DNA from: Lama glama
Lineage: Eukaryota
NCBI GenBank assembly: GCA_028534125.1
Contig: CM052817.1
Span: forward strand, 60,452,001-60,516,000
Reading direction: 5' to 3'
DNA length: 64,000 nucleotides
The position numbers were made by a program, and so were the translations under genes. Positions 13,650 to 27,300 of this stretch are shown piece by piece. The notes beneath the pieces were generated by a model that saw only the letters and a program-made list of their open reading frames with translations, did no database searches and was not told the DNA's origin. The number at the start of each line of letters is the position of its first letter. Position 1 is the stretch's first letter.

Positions 13650-13850
13650 TGGCTAGCTGCTCTAGCTTCCACTTCCAAACTTGTGTAATTTTGATAATCA
13701 ATGCCATTTTGGTTTAATAAAAATGCCACAGTGTTCTGCTGTTAAGTATATCAAGAGTATTATTTGAGAAACATTTTTTTTATTGTGTAAAGACTGTGTC
13801 CTATTTTTGTTTTTCTATTTTTTGTACTTAAAACTTTTGTTTATTAGTTG
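13650..13850 (-). mobile_element. Continuation of the same old L1M fragment after the MCM4 retrocopy
   Basis: tttaataaaaatgccacagtgttctgctgttaagtat resembles the next collinear segment of antisense L1 ORF2. Confidence 0.45.
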
Positions 13851-13874
13851 TTCATGCAGTTTTAGAATGGGAAG

Positions 13875-14030
13875 GTAAAATAAAGTTAATCTAACCTATT
13901 TTTCACAATTTTGAGGTGGAGAAAACTGAGTCTCAGAAAAATTAAATGACTTATGAAGCATTGGTTACACAGGAAATTAGTTTTAAATTCCAAGTTTTCT
14001 GGCTTCCAGTTCTGTGTTCTGTGTACCATA
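13875..14030 (-). mobile_element. MIR SINE
   Basis: Core gaggtggagaaaactgagtctcagaaaaattaaatgactt. Confidence 0.65.
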
Positions 14031-14979
14031 CCATTTATCCTTTTTATTATTCATGGCAGTGGTGTTTATCCACTACTGTCAAAATCACTTGGCTAAAGAA
14101 AACACACACACACACCAAGAAGTCAAGGGTAAATGTACCATGTGTCAATATTATATAAACAACACCTTAGTTTTAATATGGCTTCCTCAAATTCTTTGAA
14201 GTTGGGAGTGTGCATCGGTGAATCTGCAAGAGAACTATTTCAAAGGCATAGACTGCATTTTTAACAATTCTTGTGGCAAAAAGTTTTTTTTCACCCATAT
14301 GCATTCTTTAGCTCATTATGAGGAGCTACACTTAATTGTAAAGTATATATTACTTAGTGGTAATATGTGTTTTGGTAAGGAGTTTTCATACTGTATAATT
14401 TAAATGTGTTGTGTTATGTACACTGCAGGAAGCTTCCAAACCTTTTACATAAAATAAGTAAAACAAATACAAGCTGAACTGCTCTGGAAGAGAGTGAGAG
14501 AGGATCTCCAAAGATGGACTCCCACAACAATCCATTCTCAGAACCAGAATCTGAACATTTCCCTGAAACATTTAGAACTCAGTTTAATCCATATAGACCG
14601 ACCATCTTTCTTACAGAATGTGGAATGGTATAAGACCCATGCAACATGGGCGGGCTATTTTTATTTACAGAGTTGCTCTGTGATTACATGGCATTTTCTA
14701 TTTTTTCTTACTGTTAATATTGAAGTGATTTCTAAGGGTACACTTTATTTATTCATACATTCATCACTCTTTGAACAGATATTTATCAAATACCTGTAAA
14801 TGTGGAATGTATCATTCAAACTCTTTGTGTGATTTTCTAAAAAAGGAATTTAGAGCCTAGGCGTGAGTATTGGCTAAGTGTATAAAAAGCTGTACTCTAA
14901 GGTGAGAGACAACAGAGGGCCCCCAAAATGGGTAAATGTAGTAGAAGTGGGATTCTGTGGACTCTTGAAAGAGTATTTC

Positions 14980-15390
14980 CAAGATTACTCTGTGGTACAC
15001 ATTCAGATCCCCGCTCTGTGGCTGAGACATTCCTTCTTGGGAGAGCACACAGCTGAGCCCCTGTCCAGAAACTGCCCTGGGCAGACAGGAGCTGCTCCAC
15101 TCTCTTTCTGAAAGAGCGTGCACCCATTGACTGGTCATCGCAGAACTTGGAAGGTCTGAGTGCCTAACCTCCACTTGGGTTAACTATGAAGAATTATTGT
15201 ACCTACAGATGAGCCCATGGGTCCATCAGAGCTGCTGTTGTATTGCATTGCATTTTCACCTCCCCTCCGTCCAGTCCCTCTTCTCTCACTCCCTTGCAGA
15301 TACTTTTCTTAGGAGCACTTCAAGTAACCCTCCTGCACACCAGCAGATCTCCATTTCAGAGCTGTTTTCTGGGGAAACTGACCCAAAATT
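14980..15390 (+). mobile_element. ERVL LTR (LTR16-like)
   Basis: 3' end ctcctgcacac..atctccatttcagagctgttttctggggaaactgacccaaaa resembles the LTR16/LTR33 terminus. Confidence 0.55.
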
Positions 15391-16100
15391 GAGAAAACAG
15401 ATTAGAAAAATTTGCATGAAACTGATAACATCTGAACTTGAATATTAACTGATTTGAGATATGTAAAGCAATGGGGAAGAGGATGTTTCAGGTGGTGGAA
15501 CCACTCTACCTGACGTATCTATTGAAATAAATCATATGGACACTGACAAAGATTGATTAATTTACCAGGATGCACAGAATACATGGAAAGAATAGTTCAG
15601 ACTGGAAAAAGATTGAGGAAAGGAATTTAGTTTGTAGGTAAATGGAAGACCCTAAAGAGTTTGGGGACATAGGTATGACAAAACCAGAGCTAAGTTTTAG
15701 AAAGAATGTGCTTACACCTTTTATTTAATAAAAAAACTAAGAAAATATTACACTCTAAATACATGATTACACATAAAAGCACAGACATTTTCTATGTATT
15801 CAGTATGAGTAAGCCAAACAGGATTTGATAGATCCTTAAATCACATATTTCCACATTGATTTAATTGATCAATTTCTGCTAAATACTTTGTGGTATTATT
15901 TCCAATACCTAATATGGGAAAATAGAATATATCAGCATTTGTGGCAGTATCTCAGAATGTTTAGCACCAATACATTTTCTCAAATTGATAAGTGTTGATA
16001 TATATTATGTCTAAAAGAGATACATTGATACATGTTGATATCTAAAAAAGTGTTCTTTGGCAAAAATATTGAAATTACTCTAATTCTTATATGGTAACAT

Positions 16101-16860
16101 ATTCATTCAACAAATATTTATTGAATTCTGCCATATGCTGCACTGTGAGATCACAGAATAAGGAAGGAAAATAGAAATATCAAAAATAATTATAAATGTA
16201 ATTTCTTCTACAAAAGGGGAAACACCAGCTGTTCTGAAAATATGTGACTGGAGGACCTACTTAGGCTTAGGAGTGACAGTTAAGTAGAAATATTTAAGAT
16301 GCCTAGGCATTAGCCAGAAAAAGAAAGGAAGAGCATTTCATGAATAGGAAGGGAAGAATGGTGCAAGGGCAATAGAATGTTAGCAGGCTTGGAGGCAAGA
16401 GAGTTTGGCACATTTAAGCATCTGAAATAAGACTTGCGTAGCTAGAATAGAGACAGCATAGGAGCATTGTTCCTCATTAGCTAAAAGAAGTAGACAGGGA
16501 AAAGATTATGAAGGGGTTTGTAAACCATGTTAAAGTTCGTAAACTTATTTGAGGGGTAAGGTTAAGCCACTGGGTTATTTTAAACAGGAGGGTGACAAAA
16601 CCAGGTTACTCAGTGGCTACCAATTGGAGAATCCATTCTGCAACTGCCATTGGACCAGGACAGATTACATAAGACAATTATCAATTAAAAAGCTGAAGCT
16701 TAAATTCAGAGGTACCCTGGGCAATGATATGGGTTATAGAAACAGGTAGAAGTACATGTCTTTGAGAGATGTTTAGGTGATTGAAAAAAGATTTGGTGAT
16801 TTAACATGAATATGTGAGGAAGAAGAAGAAAATGGTGTCTAGGTTCCTGGCTTGGGAAAA
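16101..16860 (-). mobile_element. L2 LINE 3' portion
   Basis: Starts with the reverse complement of the L2 tail, attcattcaacaaatatttattgaa, followed by typical purine-rich L2 body. Confidence 0.7.
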
Positions 16861-16904
16861 AATAACTAATACGTTTGAATTTTCATTGTTGGAGTTGTTT
16901 TTCT

Positions 16905-18993
16905 ATTTTTTTTTAATTTACAATATTATAATAGTTTCAGGTATACAGCATAGTGATTCAATATTTTAATAGATTATACTCCACTTATAGTTATTAAAAA
17001 TTATGGCTATATTTCCCTGTGCTGTATAATATGTCATTTTTCCTTATGTATTTTATACATAGTAGTCTTTATCTCTTAATTTCATACCATTATCTTGCCC
17101 TTCCCAACTTCCCTTTCTCCACAGGTATCCACTAGTTTGTTTTCTATATCTGTTTTATTATATGCATTTGTTTAATATTTTTTAGATTCCACATATAAGT
17201 GGTAACATACAATATTTCTCTTCCTATGTCTAACTTAGTTCACTAAGTATAATACTCTCCAAGCTCATATTGTTTCAAATGGTTAAATTTCATTCTTTGT
17301 TATGGCTGAATAATATTCCATTGTATACATGTATACCACATTTTCTTTATCCATTGATATGTTGATGGATACTTGAGTGGCTTCCATGTCTTGACATCTG
17401 TAAATAATGCTGCTTGGAACATTGGGGTCCATGTATCTTTTCAATTTACTGGGTTTTTTTTTCTTGAATATATGCTCAGGAGTGGAATTGCTGGATTATT
17501 TATTAGTCCTATTTTTAGATTTTTGAGGAATCTCTGTAATATTTTCCACAGTGGCTGTAATAATGTACATTCCCACTAACAATGGACAAGGATTCCCTTT
17601 CTCCACATCCTCACCAACATTTGTTATAGACTTTTAAATGATAGCCATTCTGACAAGTGTGAAGTGATACCTCATTGTGATTTGGATTTGCATTTCTCTG
17701 ATGATGATTAGCAATGTTGATCAAATTTGGTTGCCTTTTATTTATTTTTCTTGTCTGCTGTGTCTATGACTTCTAATACTTGTTAAATATAAGTGGCAAG
17801 ACTGGGCATCCTTATCTTGTTTCTGATTTTAGAGAAAAGACTTTCAGCTTTTCCCTGCTGAGTAGGATGTTAGCTGTGAACTTGTCATAAATGGCCTTTA
17901 TTATGTTGAGATATATTATCTGTATTTAAACTTTGATGAGAGTTTTTATCATGAATGGATGTTAAGTTTTGTCAAATGCTTTTTCTGATCTACTGAAATG
18001 ATCATGTGATTTTTATCATTCTTTTTGTTAATGTGGTGTATCACATTGACTTACAAATATTGAACCATTCTAGTGTCCCTGGAATAAATCCCACTTGATC
18101 ATGGTGTATGATCTTTTTTATATGTTGTTGGATTAAGTTTACCAATAATGTGTTGAGGACTTTTGCATCTATAGTCACCAAAGATACTGACCTATAATTT
18201 TCTTCTTTCCCTTTTTTTTTTCCTTAAATATCTGTGTCTGATTTTGGTATCAGGGTAATGGTGCCCTTGTGGAATGAATTTGGGAATGTCCTTTCTCTTC
18301 GATTTTTTGAAATAGTTTAGATGGGTAGGTATTAGCTCTTCTTCATATGTTTGACAGAATTCCCCTGTGAAGCCATCGAGTCCTGGACTTTTGTTTGCTG
18401 GTAGCTTTTTTTTTTTAATTACTAATTCAATTTCACTAATAACGCATTTGGTCTGTTCACATTGTCTGTTTCTTCCTGACTCAGTTTTGGCAGGTTGTAT
18501 GTTTCTAGAAATGTATCTGTTTCTTCTAGATTGTCCAATTTGTTGGCATATAACTGTTCATAGTATTGTTTTTTTTTTATATTCCTGTGATATTGATTGT
18601 TATTTTTCTTCTTTAATTTCTTATTTTGTTTACTTGGGTCCTCTCTCTTTTCTTCTTGAAGAACTTGGCTAAAATTTCATCAGTTTGGTTTATCTTTTTT
18701 AATAACCAGCTCCTGGTTTCATTGATCTTCTCTCTCTCTCTCTCTCTCTCTCTCCCAGTTTTATTTGTTCTCTCTCTATTACTTCCTTCCTGCTGCTAAC
18801 TTTGGGCTTTGCTTATTCTTCTTTTCCTAATCCCTTTACATGGTATGTTAGGTTGTTTGAGGTTTTTCTTGTTTCTTAAAGAAGGCCTGCATTGTTATAA
18901 ACTACCCTCTTAGACTGCTTTTGGTGCATTCTATAGTTTTTGGAAAGCTATGTTTCCATTTTCATTTGTCTCAAAGTATTTTCTGATTTCCCC
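16905..18993 (-). mobile_element. L1 (L1MA-like, laurasiatherian) 3'UTR plus ORF2, 5'-truncated, with an internal deletion near 17722
   Basis: Poly-T start, then tttacaatattata..gtttcaggtatacagcatagtgattca, tagattccacatataagt, agtggaattgctggat, catgaatggatgtt..tttgtcaaatgcttttt. Confidence 0.9.
18730..18753. repeat. (CT)n microsatellite within L1
   Basis: About 12 uninterrupted CT units. Confidence 0.9.
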
Positions 18994-19299
18994 TTATACG
19001 TAGATAAATGAAAGTTATTACTTTGCTTTTCAGGTTAAGTACTGTGTACCATTTAGAATTTATAAGACATGAGAGAGAGAGAATTTGAGAAAAATAATAG
19101 ACTTACCAGAAATAGTATTGACTTGGAATATAAGATAGTCCTTTTTAAAAAATGTGTGTAAATAAACTTTTTGTCACAAGAGCTTTTAAAAATGCAGCCA
19201 GTGTCCTTGGAATAGTCTTCTTGTGGACTCATCAATGTATACTCCAACTTCAGGGCATTTGAATCATAAAGTAAATAAATTGGTATAAATTTCAGTTTA

Positions 19300-19510
19300 A
19301 TTCAGTTCAATATACATTTTTGAGCAATCACCATGATATGCACATGTTATGTTGGATGCAGAGTCTAGAGGAAACAGTATGAGGCACAAGATAGAGGTTT
19401 CAGTTCAGGTTCCTTGGATAACTGGATGTCTGGGCCTCAGCTTCTTTTTCTCTAAGATGAAGATAGCGAGATGAAAATGCTAGTAGCTTCCTATTCCTCT
19501 CAGTTTGCTT
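19300..19510. mobile_element. L2 tail (-) followed by MIR fragment (+)
   Basis: ttcagttcaatatacattttttgagc, then ctgggcctcagcttctttttctctaagatgaagatag. Confidence 0.45.
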
Positions 19511-22019
19511 CAAATTCCTATTGTGAATGAATATATGAGTATGTATGTATATTTGTAAATATATGTATATATCAAAATCTATTTGTACATACACATACAT
19601 ATAAATATAATATGGCAATTCAAATTTTCCTAAATATTTCATACTAATTACATTGTTTTTATTTATTTTATTTTTTGGCATATTGTATTCCAGTGTTTAC
19701 CCATTATATTTCTTTTCTGGGTAGAAAATGTAGTGTTTTCCATCTCTCAGGGATTTTTCTCACAGAAATTAACTTGTGAAACATGAGGACATCAGGACGT
19801 ACTGCTGAGTCTGGCATCTCCCAGTGTGTTCACTGCCTAGCTGGGCTCATGTTTATTTAACAGGGTGTCCTTAGTTACCAAGCATGTCTGCAGATTGCAA
19901 GGAACCTAGGAATATGTATAAGGAAATTAGACAAGTGTCATAAATATTTGATGTTCCATATGATCTTCCAGAAGTATCTCTAAATTACTTTGCTGGTTCA
20001 AACATAGGGAAAAATCCTTAGCCTCATAAGGGGAGTGAAATAAATTCTTAGTAAAATTTTTTCTTCTTTTTCCAAACTTATCTTATCCATAGGGGAACAT
20101 CAAACTTATGCCTTTGCAGGAACTAATTATCCAGTGGTAAATTATTACTAACCTTTGATCTACTCTTTTTATTTTTCCCTTCTTCTGCTGTATATGTTTG
20201 ATACCCACTCATATTTCTGTATAGAGTGTGTAGGATGAAATCCAAACCAATTTTACTTGGTATTTTTAAAAAGGTTTACTCTGGGAGTAATTATTACTGT
20301 CAGTTTAATGGACATTTAGACATTTTCTGTATGTGTTATTCAAATTATCAATGTCCCATTAGCTTATTTTGTTTAGAATCAGCTGTATCAAGAGATTAAA
20401 AAAAAACCCAACTATGCATGCACAAAGATAATGACTGCTCATTACCGGCTGGCCAGCTCACATTTTCACAAAGGCTCAGATTTCAAAGTTGATCTGAGGA
20501 TAGATGGGAAAAAAAGCTCAGAAAGGTGGGAATATCCCTAGGCAATCAAAAACTGGAGAGGCTAAGTCTGAGTTAGGTAAGAAGGAGCTTCAGTTAAAGA
20601 GTCACTGACCTCTCTAGCTCACTTATGTCTACCTGAGGGAAGGTTTCACTGATTACATATACTAACAGCTCATTAAGGATATAACATCAAGAAGACAAAT
20701 TATGAAGTCAAAAAAGTGAACGAAGTGAGTGGAGGCCACAGTGAACCAAATTCAGGTTCCCTGATTTACGGGGTTTCGTCCTTTGTGCAGTGGGGACTAA
20801 GTGGGCCAAGTTGCTCAGTACCACACATGAGCTAGAGAAAGGACACTGGCCCAGAGCGGCTATGTGAGTATCGATGGGGAATGATAATAATACAGTGCCA
20901 AGCGGTCTAATGATCAAAACTTTAACATTTTCAGGAGGATAGCATTTTTGCAATGTAGCCCTCATCTTGGTATGCAATATCTTTCCTCTTCTGAGAAATA
21001 AAGTACTAAGACAGAAATGTAAGATTCTGTTATAATTGGAGATATTACTGAGGTAGGTGTGTGACTGAGGACAAGAAAAGGTCTTATAAAAAGATTTCTG
21101 CATACCAGTAACTTGAACTACATGTAGTAATGTAAGCTATTCTTGTCATTCCGACTTCTCAGTATTTGCCACTTGGAGATATTTATGATAATAAGAGCCA
21201 CAGTACTTACCCCAATCTTTAAAATCTTAAGTGGTAACTGAAATCCTTGAGATGTTAGTATTGAGCAAACACAAGATCAAATTCACTTACAAGGAAGGAT
21301 AGTTTACCTGTATCAAGGACAGAAGCAATCAAGAGGCACAGACAAAGGAAAGAGATATTATCAGAAATTCTGTATGAGTCCCCAAGCCCTTTCTTCCCAC
21401 ATTGGGCTTACATGCACATTCTGTCTCTAAAAAAGGTTCTGCAGGCTTACCTCACACAACAGGGATAATTTACATTATGAAATGTCTCTATTTTTGCCCT
21501 GGTAAGTATAAAGCTTCAGGACATTTTCCAGGGAGCCGTAAGCCATTAATCCATACATCAGGAGTTTGTTTGCTACAGTAATTCTTTAGCCTGGGACATC
21601 CTGCTAAGGGCTTTTATAGATGAGGCTCTTTTTCCTAGTAAAAATTACTAGTCTCTTTACCTGGAGTTCCAGTTGATAAGGGCATTAGACTCATTTACCT
21701 CCCTTCTTTTTTTCTCCCCCTGGGCTGCATGCCCCCAACACACACATCAGTAAAAGGGTGAATAAAGGATCCTCGACCAGCTGCTTTAACTCTTTTCTCT
21801 TCAAATACTAATCAGTGAAATATAATTGAGTCAAACTTGCAAAAATATTTTCCACAGCCACATAAATATTCAAGCATGTAAAGAAATTTTGCAACCCCCA
21901 CAAACTTTAGCTGAAAAAAAGGAGCATGCCTATTATTTCTAGTAGAACTAAAAACCTCCCCCAAAATTAAAGAATAAATAATCATATAGATGATGATGAT
22001 AATGATAGTAATTAAGCTC

Positions 22020-22220
22020 TCATTATTTATCAAACACTTCTATATTCTTTACTCTGTTGTATTATAAGACAATAATCTTCTGGGGTAATAGGTGCTATTA
22101 TTTTTCTGATTAAACAGATGTAGAAATTGGGGCACAGAGAAATTAAATGACTTAGCACAGCTAGTAGATTCTGATGCCACTGATCACATCCAGGAAATCT
22201 GACTTCAAAATCCATGCTAT
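22020..22220 (-). mobile_element. MIR SINE
   Basis: Core aaacagatgtagaaattggggcacagagaaattaaatgactt, plus tctgacttcaaaatccatgct. Confidence 0.75.
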
Positions 22221-23428
22221 TGATTGCTAAATCGTATATGAGAAAAATGCAGACATATCAAATTCAAAGATTTTTATTAGTAAAACTGGATAATAAAAGA
22301 GAAGCTGGCTTATTAGAAAATAACAGTGGAGGGTCAGTTTTGTTGATTATTGCTGCTACAAAAATGAAATAGATTAAATATTGAAATCAATGAATAAGGA
22401 ATGATTTGTTTGAATTGCTGATATGAGCTCAGTGTCATGTAATGGGGTACAAGACACAGAGTAAGTAAGAGGTATAGCAGACAGCATAATACCTGCCAAA
22501 AAAGACTAGAAGTTGAGTTAGAGGTTATGGCAAGTGAGATATATTTAAATAGCAACATTGTAGAGGTGCTGATTGAAACAGTTTACAAACTGAGATAATT
22601 TGTCCAAATATATGTGAGTATCAGGCCAAAATTCTAAATTTGAAATGCTTTAGTATAGAGGTGACTCAGAATGTGATTTTCATTTGTAAAATCCTAACGT
22701 AAAGGCTGATAAACTAAACTGAGTAAAGAATGGTAAACAAGAAATAGAGAAATATGACCTACATTGCCATCTGTTGAGGAAATGAACATCTGTCATGTTG
22801 AATGAAAGATGAAGCTTGGAAATTCCCAATGAATCTCAACAGCTAGAACTACTATTCAAGAGCAAAAATAGACTTCAAGCCTAATTTAGATTTTTTTTTT
22901 TAATTTGGAAAAGATATTTAAAGGAGGAAAAATAAAGCTCCAATTAGTTAGAACCACAGCTTTAAAGATTTCCAGATTTAATTTTAGATCAAATTACAAT
23001 GGAATTGTGCTAGAGAAAGAGTATTGTCAAAACTTGTTTCCAGAGTAGATTCTATGCTCTCCAGAAGTATCTTGTTTTTTTGACAAATAGATCCATGCAT
23101 GTCACAACATATGATGGCAAAATCCTAGCCTGAAATTTAGTCTCAGCTCAAACATACTGTCATTTTGAGTACTCATTTGACCCTTTGGGTCTAAATTTCT
23201 TTGTCAGTAAAGTTGGTGAGATTGGATTAAATGATGCTCAAGGTTACTTTCAATTGTACTCCGATCCCTGCTGTGCACCTATTAAAAGTAGCCTGTTAAT
23301 AATTGTGTGCTTGAAAAAACATTTATTTTATAGGTGAAAACTGTTTCCAGGGCTTCCTATTTTTATTATTATTACTATTATTTTACATCTCCAAAAATCT
23401 TAACGTCAGTATATTTTCTCTCCTTTAG

Positions 23429-23626
<198 letters not shown>

Positions 23627-24399
23627 TGAATTTAAGTCTATATTGTAGTTTGAGGGAGAAGAAGGAGAAGAATTAGGCCTTCTGTATTTAACGGAAGCAT
23701 TAAGCAATAAATTCTATTTATGCCTTAGAATATTTTAAAGGAAAAAATCCTGATTATTGCCTAGGGAGCTAGCATAATCTTTCACTCATTAAAATAATAA
23801 TTTTTATAAAGTAATGAATTTAATATTTATACGTTGCATAGCTGCTTGGTTTTTAACTTGTAATACGCACAAAATCAGAATAAGGGCTTTGATAAATTTC
23901 ATATCACAAGAGAGAAAGTCTACTACAAAATGTGACATCACAGTATTTCAGTGTCTGTATGTGTCATGTAATAAGTAGAAAGAAAATTGTTTGCAGGGAA
24001 TGAACTGTTGTTATAGACTACAGATCACATGTAAGAAGAAGCTGAGTGACAGTAAAGGATGTTTCACGAAATATTGGGACAGTAACTTTTTCAAGGAGAA
24101 ACATAAAAATCCGTGGAGAAATGACTTTTCTATAGTTTTGATTTGCCATTTTTATATATTTTTGGTAGGAAAAAAACTTAAGGTAATTGATTATGCGTAC
24201 AGAGTTCATAACTGTAAGTTTCTAACTGTATGAAATTGGCTGCACTGATGATACGAGGTACTTCAGTAGGTGTTTCTTTCCAGTACTGAGGTGTAGAATG
24301 CACAAAAATTTAAACAAATTGGAGTTTACTGTTATTCTAATCAGCAAGAGAAATCTCTTGGTAAATTTATGCTAGAGAATTTGAAATTATCTTAATGTA

Positions 24400-27300
24400 T
24401 TTTAATTGTTTTATAGTGAAGCATAGCAAACATATAGAAAACTGCATAAAACACAAGGATAGTTTAGTGAATTATTATAAAGGAATCAACTACTACTGTG
24501 GTCCAGAAACAGAATATCATCGAGTGTCCTAAAACCATTATATTTCTTGTTGGCATCCCTGACATCTCTTCTCAGTAGCACAACCATTAATCTGAATTTT
24601 GTGATACTCATTTCTTTACATTTTAAATATAATTTTATCATCTGTGGGTGCATCCTTAAATAATTGAGTTTTGCCAATATTTCAGTTTATGAATGGACTC
24701 AATATTGCATGTGCTTTTTTCTTGCTTCTTATATCCTTAATTCTGTTTGTGTTATTCTTGTTGCTACATGTAGCTGTTGTTTATTCATTTACATTGCTGT
24801 ATCATTTTCTATTGTATGAATGTGTCACAGTCTACGGGTGGTCTGTTTCCATTTTGGGGCTATCATAGGCAGTGCTGTTATGAATGTTCCTACACATATA
24901 TCTTGGCTATATACTCTTATACTTTGCATGTATTTCTGTAGGATTTGTATCCAGGAGTAGAACTTCAACAATATGAGAAAGCATACATTGAACTTTACTA
25001 GATAATCTCAAACCCGTTTTCATAGAGATTTACCAATTTACATATTTCTAACAGTGCTACAAATCCACATTGCCCCATGCTCGCACCAAATTTTGGTTTT
25101 GTTGGATTTTTGAATTTTTATTAAGTCATTGGATGTATAATGGTATATCCTTGTGGTTTCAATTTGCATTTCTCTGATTAAAAAGGATTTTGCATCTTTT
25201 TTTGTATTTTTTTGCTCTTCAGGTTTCTTTTTGAGTTAATTGTCCATTTAAGTCCTTTGACCATTTTCTATTAGATTATCTTTTGTTCTTATAATTGATT
25301 CTAGGAGTTATATATATTGAATATTAGTCTTTTTTATTTAATTATATTGCAAATAGTTTCCTCTCTGTGTATTTCATTTTCATTCCATTCATAATGTCTT
25401 TAAATTTAGAATTATGAATTTTCTCCCTTATGATTATTGCTGTTTAGTTTTATCCAAGAAATCATTCCTTACTGCCAGAGTCATAAAGATATTATGCTCA
25501 ATTATATTCTGAAGGCTTTAATAGTTTAGTCTTTTAAATTGAAACATTTTGTCTGCTTAGAATTTGTGTCAATATATGGGGGACAAGAAAAGAGTACAAG
25601 TTCACTGTTCTAGTATCTTGTTTATTTTCAATTGAGATTTAATTTGAATACAATAAAATGCACATATTTAAGTCGGCATAACTTCCAGTGAAGGCATTCA
25701 CCAGTGTGATTAGCATCCAGAACAAGGCATAGGACTTTCCCATCACCCAGAAATTCCCATCGATCCTCTTTTCACTCTTAACAACGCCGATAGTTATATC
25801 TGGTTGATATGCTAATATAAATGGATAATGCAGTGTATTCATTTGTATCTTCTTTCTCTTAACATGTTTCTTATACATTTTTATTTTCATGTCACTAATT
25901 TGTTATTTTTTTTACTTACATTTGCTGAGTGGTATTATATTGTATGCATGCAGTGTAGTCTCTTTTTAAACTCCCTTTTCTGTCGGTTGATGATACATGG
26001 AAATGACGTTGACATTTTTCTTGATTTTCTTGCTTCTTTGTTTAATTCTAATGATTTCTCTGTAAATTTTGGTGAATTCTCTGCACACTCATATGATCTG
26101 TGATTAATGACTTGTATCGTCCTTTCTAATTTTTACATCTTTTATTTCTTCTTGCCTAGTGCACCTACTAGGGCCTTCAGGACAATGTCGAGTAAAAGTA
26201 ATAGTAATAGGCATCCTTGGATTATTATCAGTCCCAAAGAAAAAGAAGTCAGTGCTACACTACTATATATAATGTCTTTCTTTTTCTTTGTTACTAACTT
26301 TGATCAGATTAAGGAAGCTTCATGCATTCCTGGGATAAACCTAATTTTTATATTTATATAAAATTATAATTATGCTTGTGTTTACATAAAAATTATTTGT
26401 TTTGCTACCACCTTGCTTAAGGTTTTTACATTGATCTTCATGACTAAGGTTACCTGAAGTTTTCCTCTTTGTTGAATTTTCATTTTGGTCTAAGGTTATG
26501 TTGGCCTCATAAAATGTGGTAAAGAGGGTTTTCTCTTTTTCTGTTCTCTCTGAGTTATATAAAATTGGAGGAATTTCTTCTACAAGTGTTTGATAGATGA
26601 TCTTATGAAGCCAACTCAGACTAGAATTTTCTTTGTGGGAATTTTTTTTTTTAACTATTGATTCTATTTTTTCATGGTAAATAAAAAGTCGTATTTTCTA
26701 ATTCTTTTTGTCAACTCAAAAAGTTGTATTTTTATGTTCTTTTAAAGTTTTTTTTTTCTTTTCTGTATGTATTGTCATAAATTTGCTGATAATATCCTTT
26801 TAAATACCTGAAACATTTTGAGACCTGAACTTACTTTTTTCTGAATAGTTTTCTTTATAAATAAAACTCTTAAATTATTATGTAAGTCTTCTACTTCTAA
26901 TAATTCTTTCTCCCCTAAAGAATATCTTTGTCTGCTATTAATAGAGCTAAAACAATTTCCCTTCCATTACTATTTGAATGGTGTTTCTTTTTACTATCCT
27001 TTACTTTCAACTTTTCCTGTATCCTTTTGTTCTACACGTAATTCTTATGAAAAGGATATAAATGATTATTTGATACCAATTTGACTATGAGATGAGAGCA
27101 TTTCACATATTTAAATGAAATGTATTTAGTAATACACTTAGGTTTGGGTCTTCCGTCTTGTACATTCTGTCATTTGTACATTCCATTTGCCTGGCTTATT
27201 CTAGGTTCCTTTTTGTCTTCTTTCTTGCCTTCTTTTGGATTGTTAATGTATATAATTTTTATTTTCCTCTTTCCTCCTTGTAAATATTTACTAATTTACT
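24400..27300 (-). mobile_element. Old L1M (L1MD/ME-like) mosaic, with a second L1 3' end nested near 25620-25960
   Basis: T-rich antisense L1 motifs (ttgtggtttcaatttgcatttctctgatt; tgcattcctgggataaacc; ttatgttggcctcataaaat). A new 3'-end motif attgagatttaatttgaatacaataaaatgcacatatttaagt starts at ~25630. Confidence 0.75.

Noticed and set aside
13716..13721. AATAAA as the retrocopy's poly(A) signal
   Set aside because: Lies outside the candidate 3' TSD, in sequence that resembles the resumed L1.
22764..22793. Paired CATCTG E-boxes / CTCF-like motif upstream of the third exon
   Set aside because: Isolated short motifs expected by chance in 64 kb, with no supporting context.
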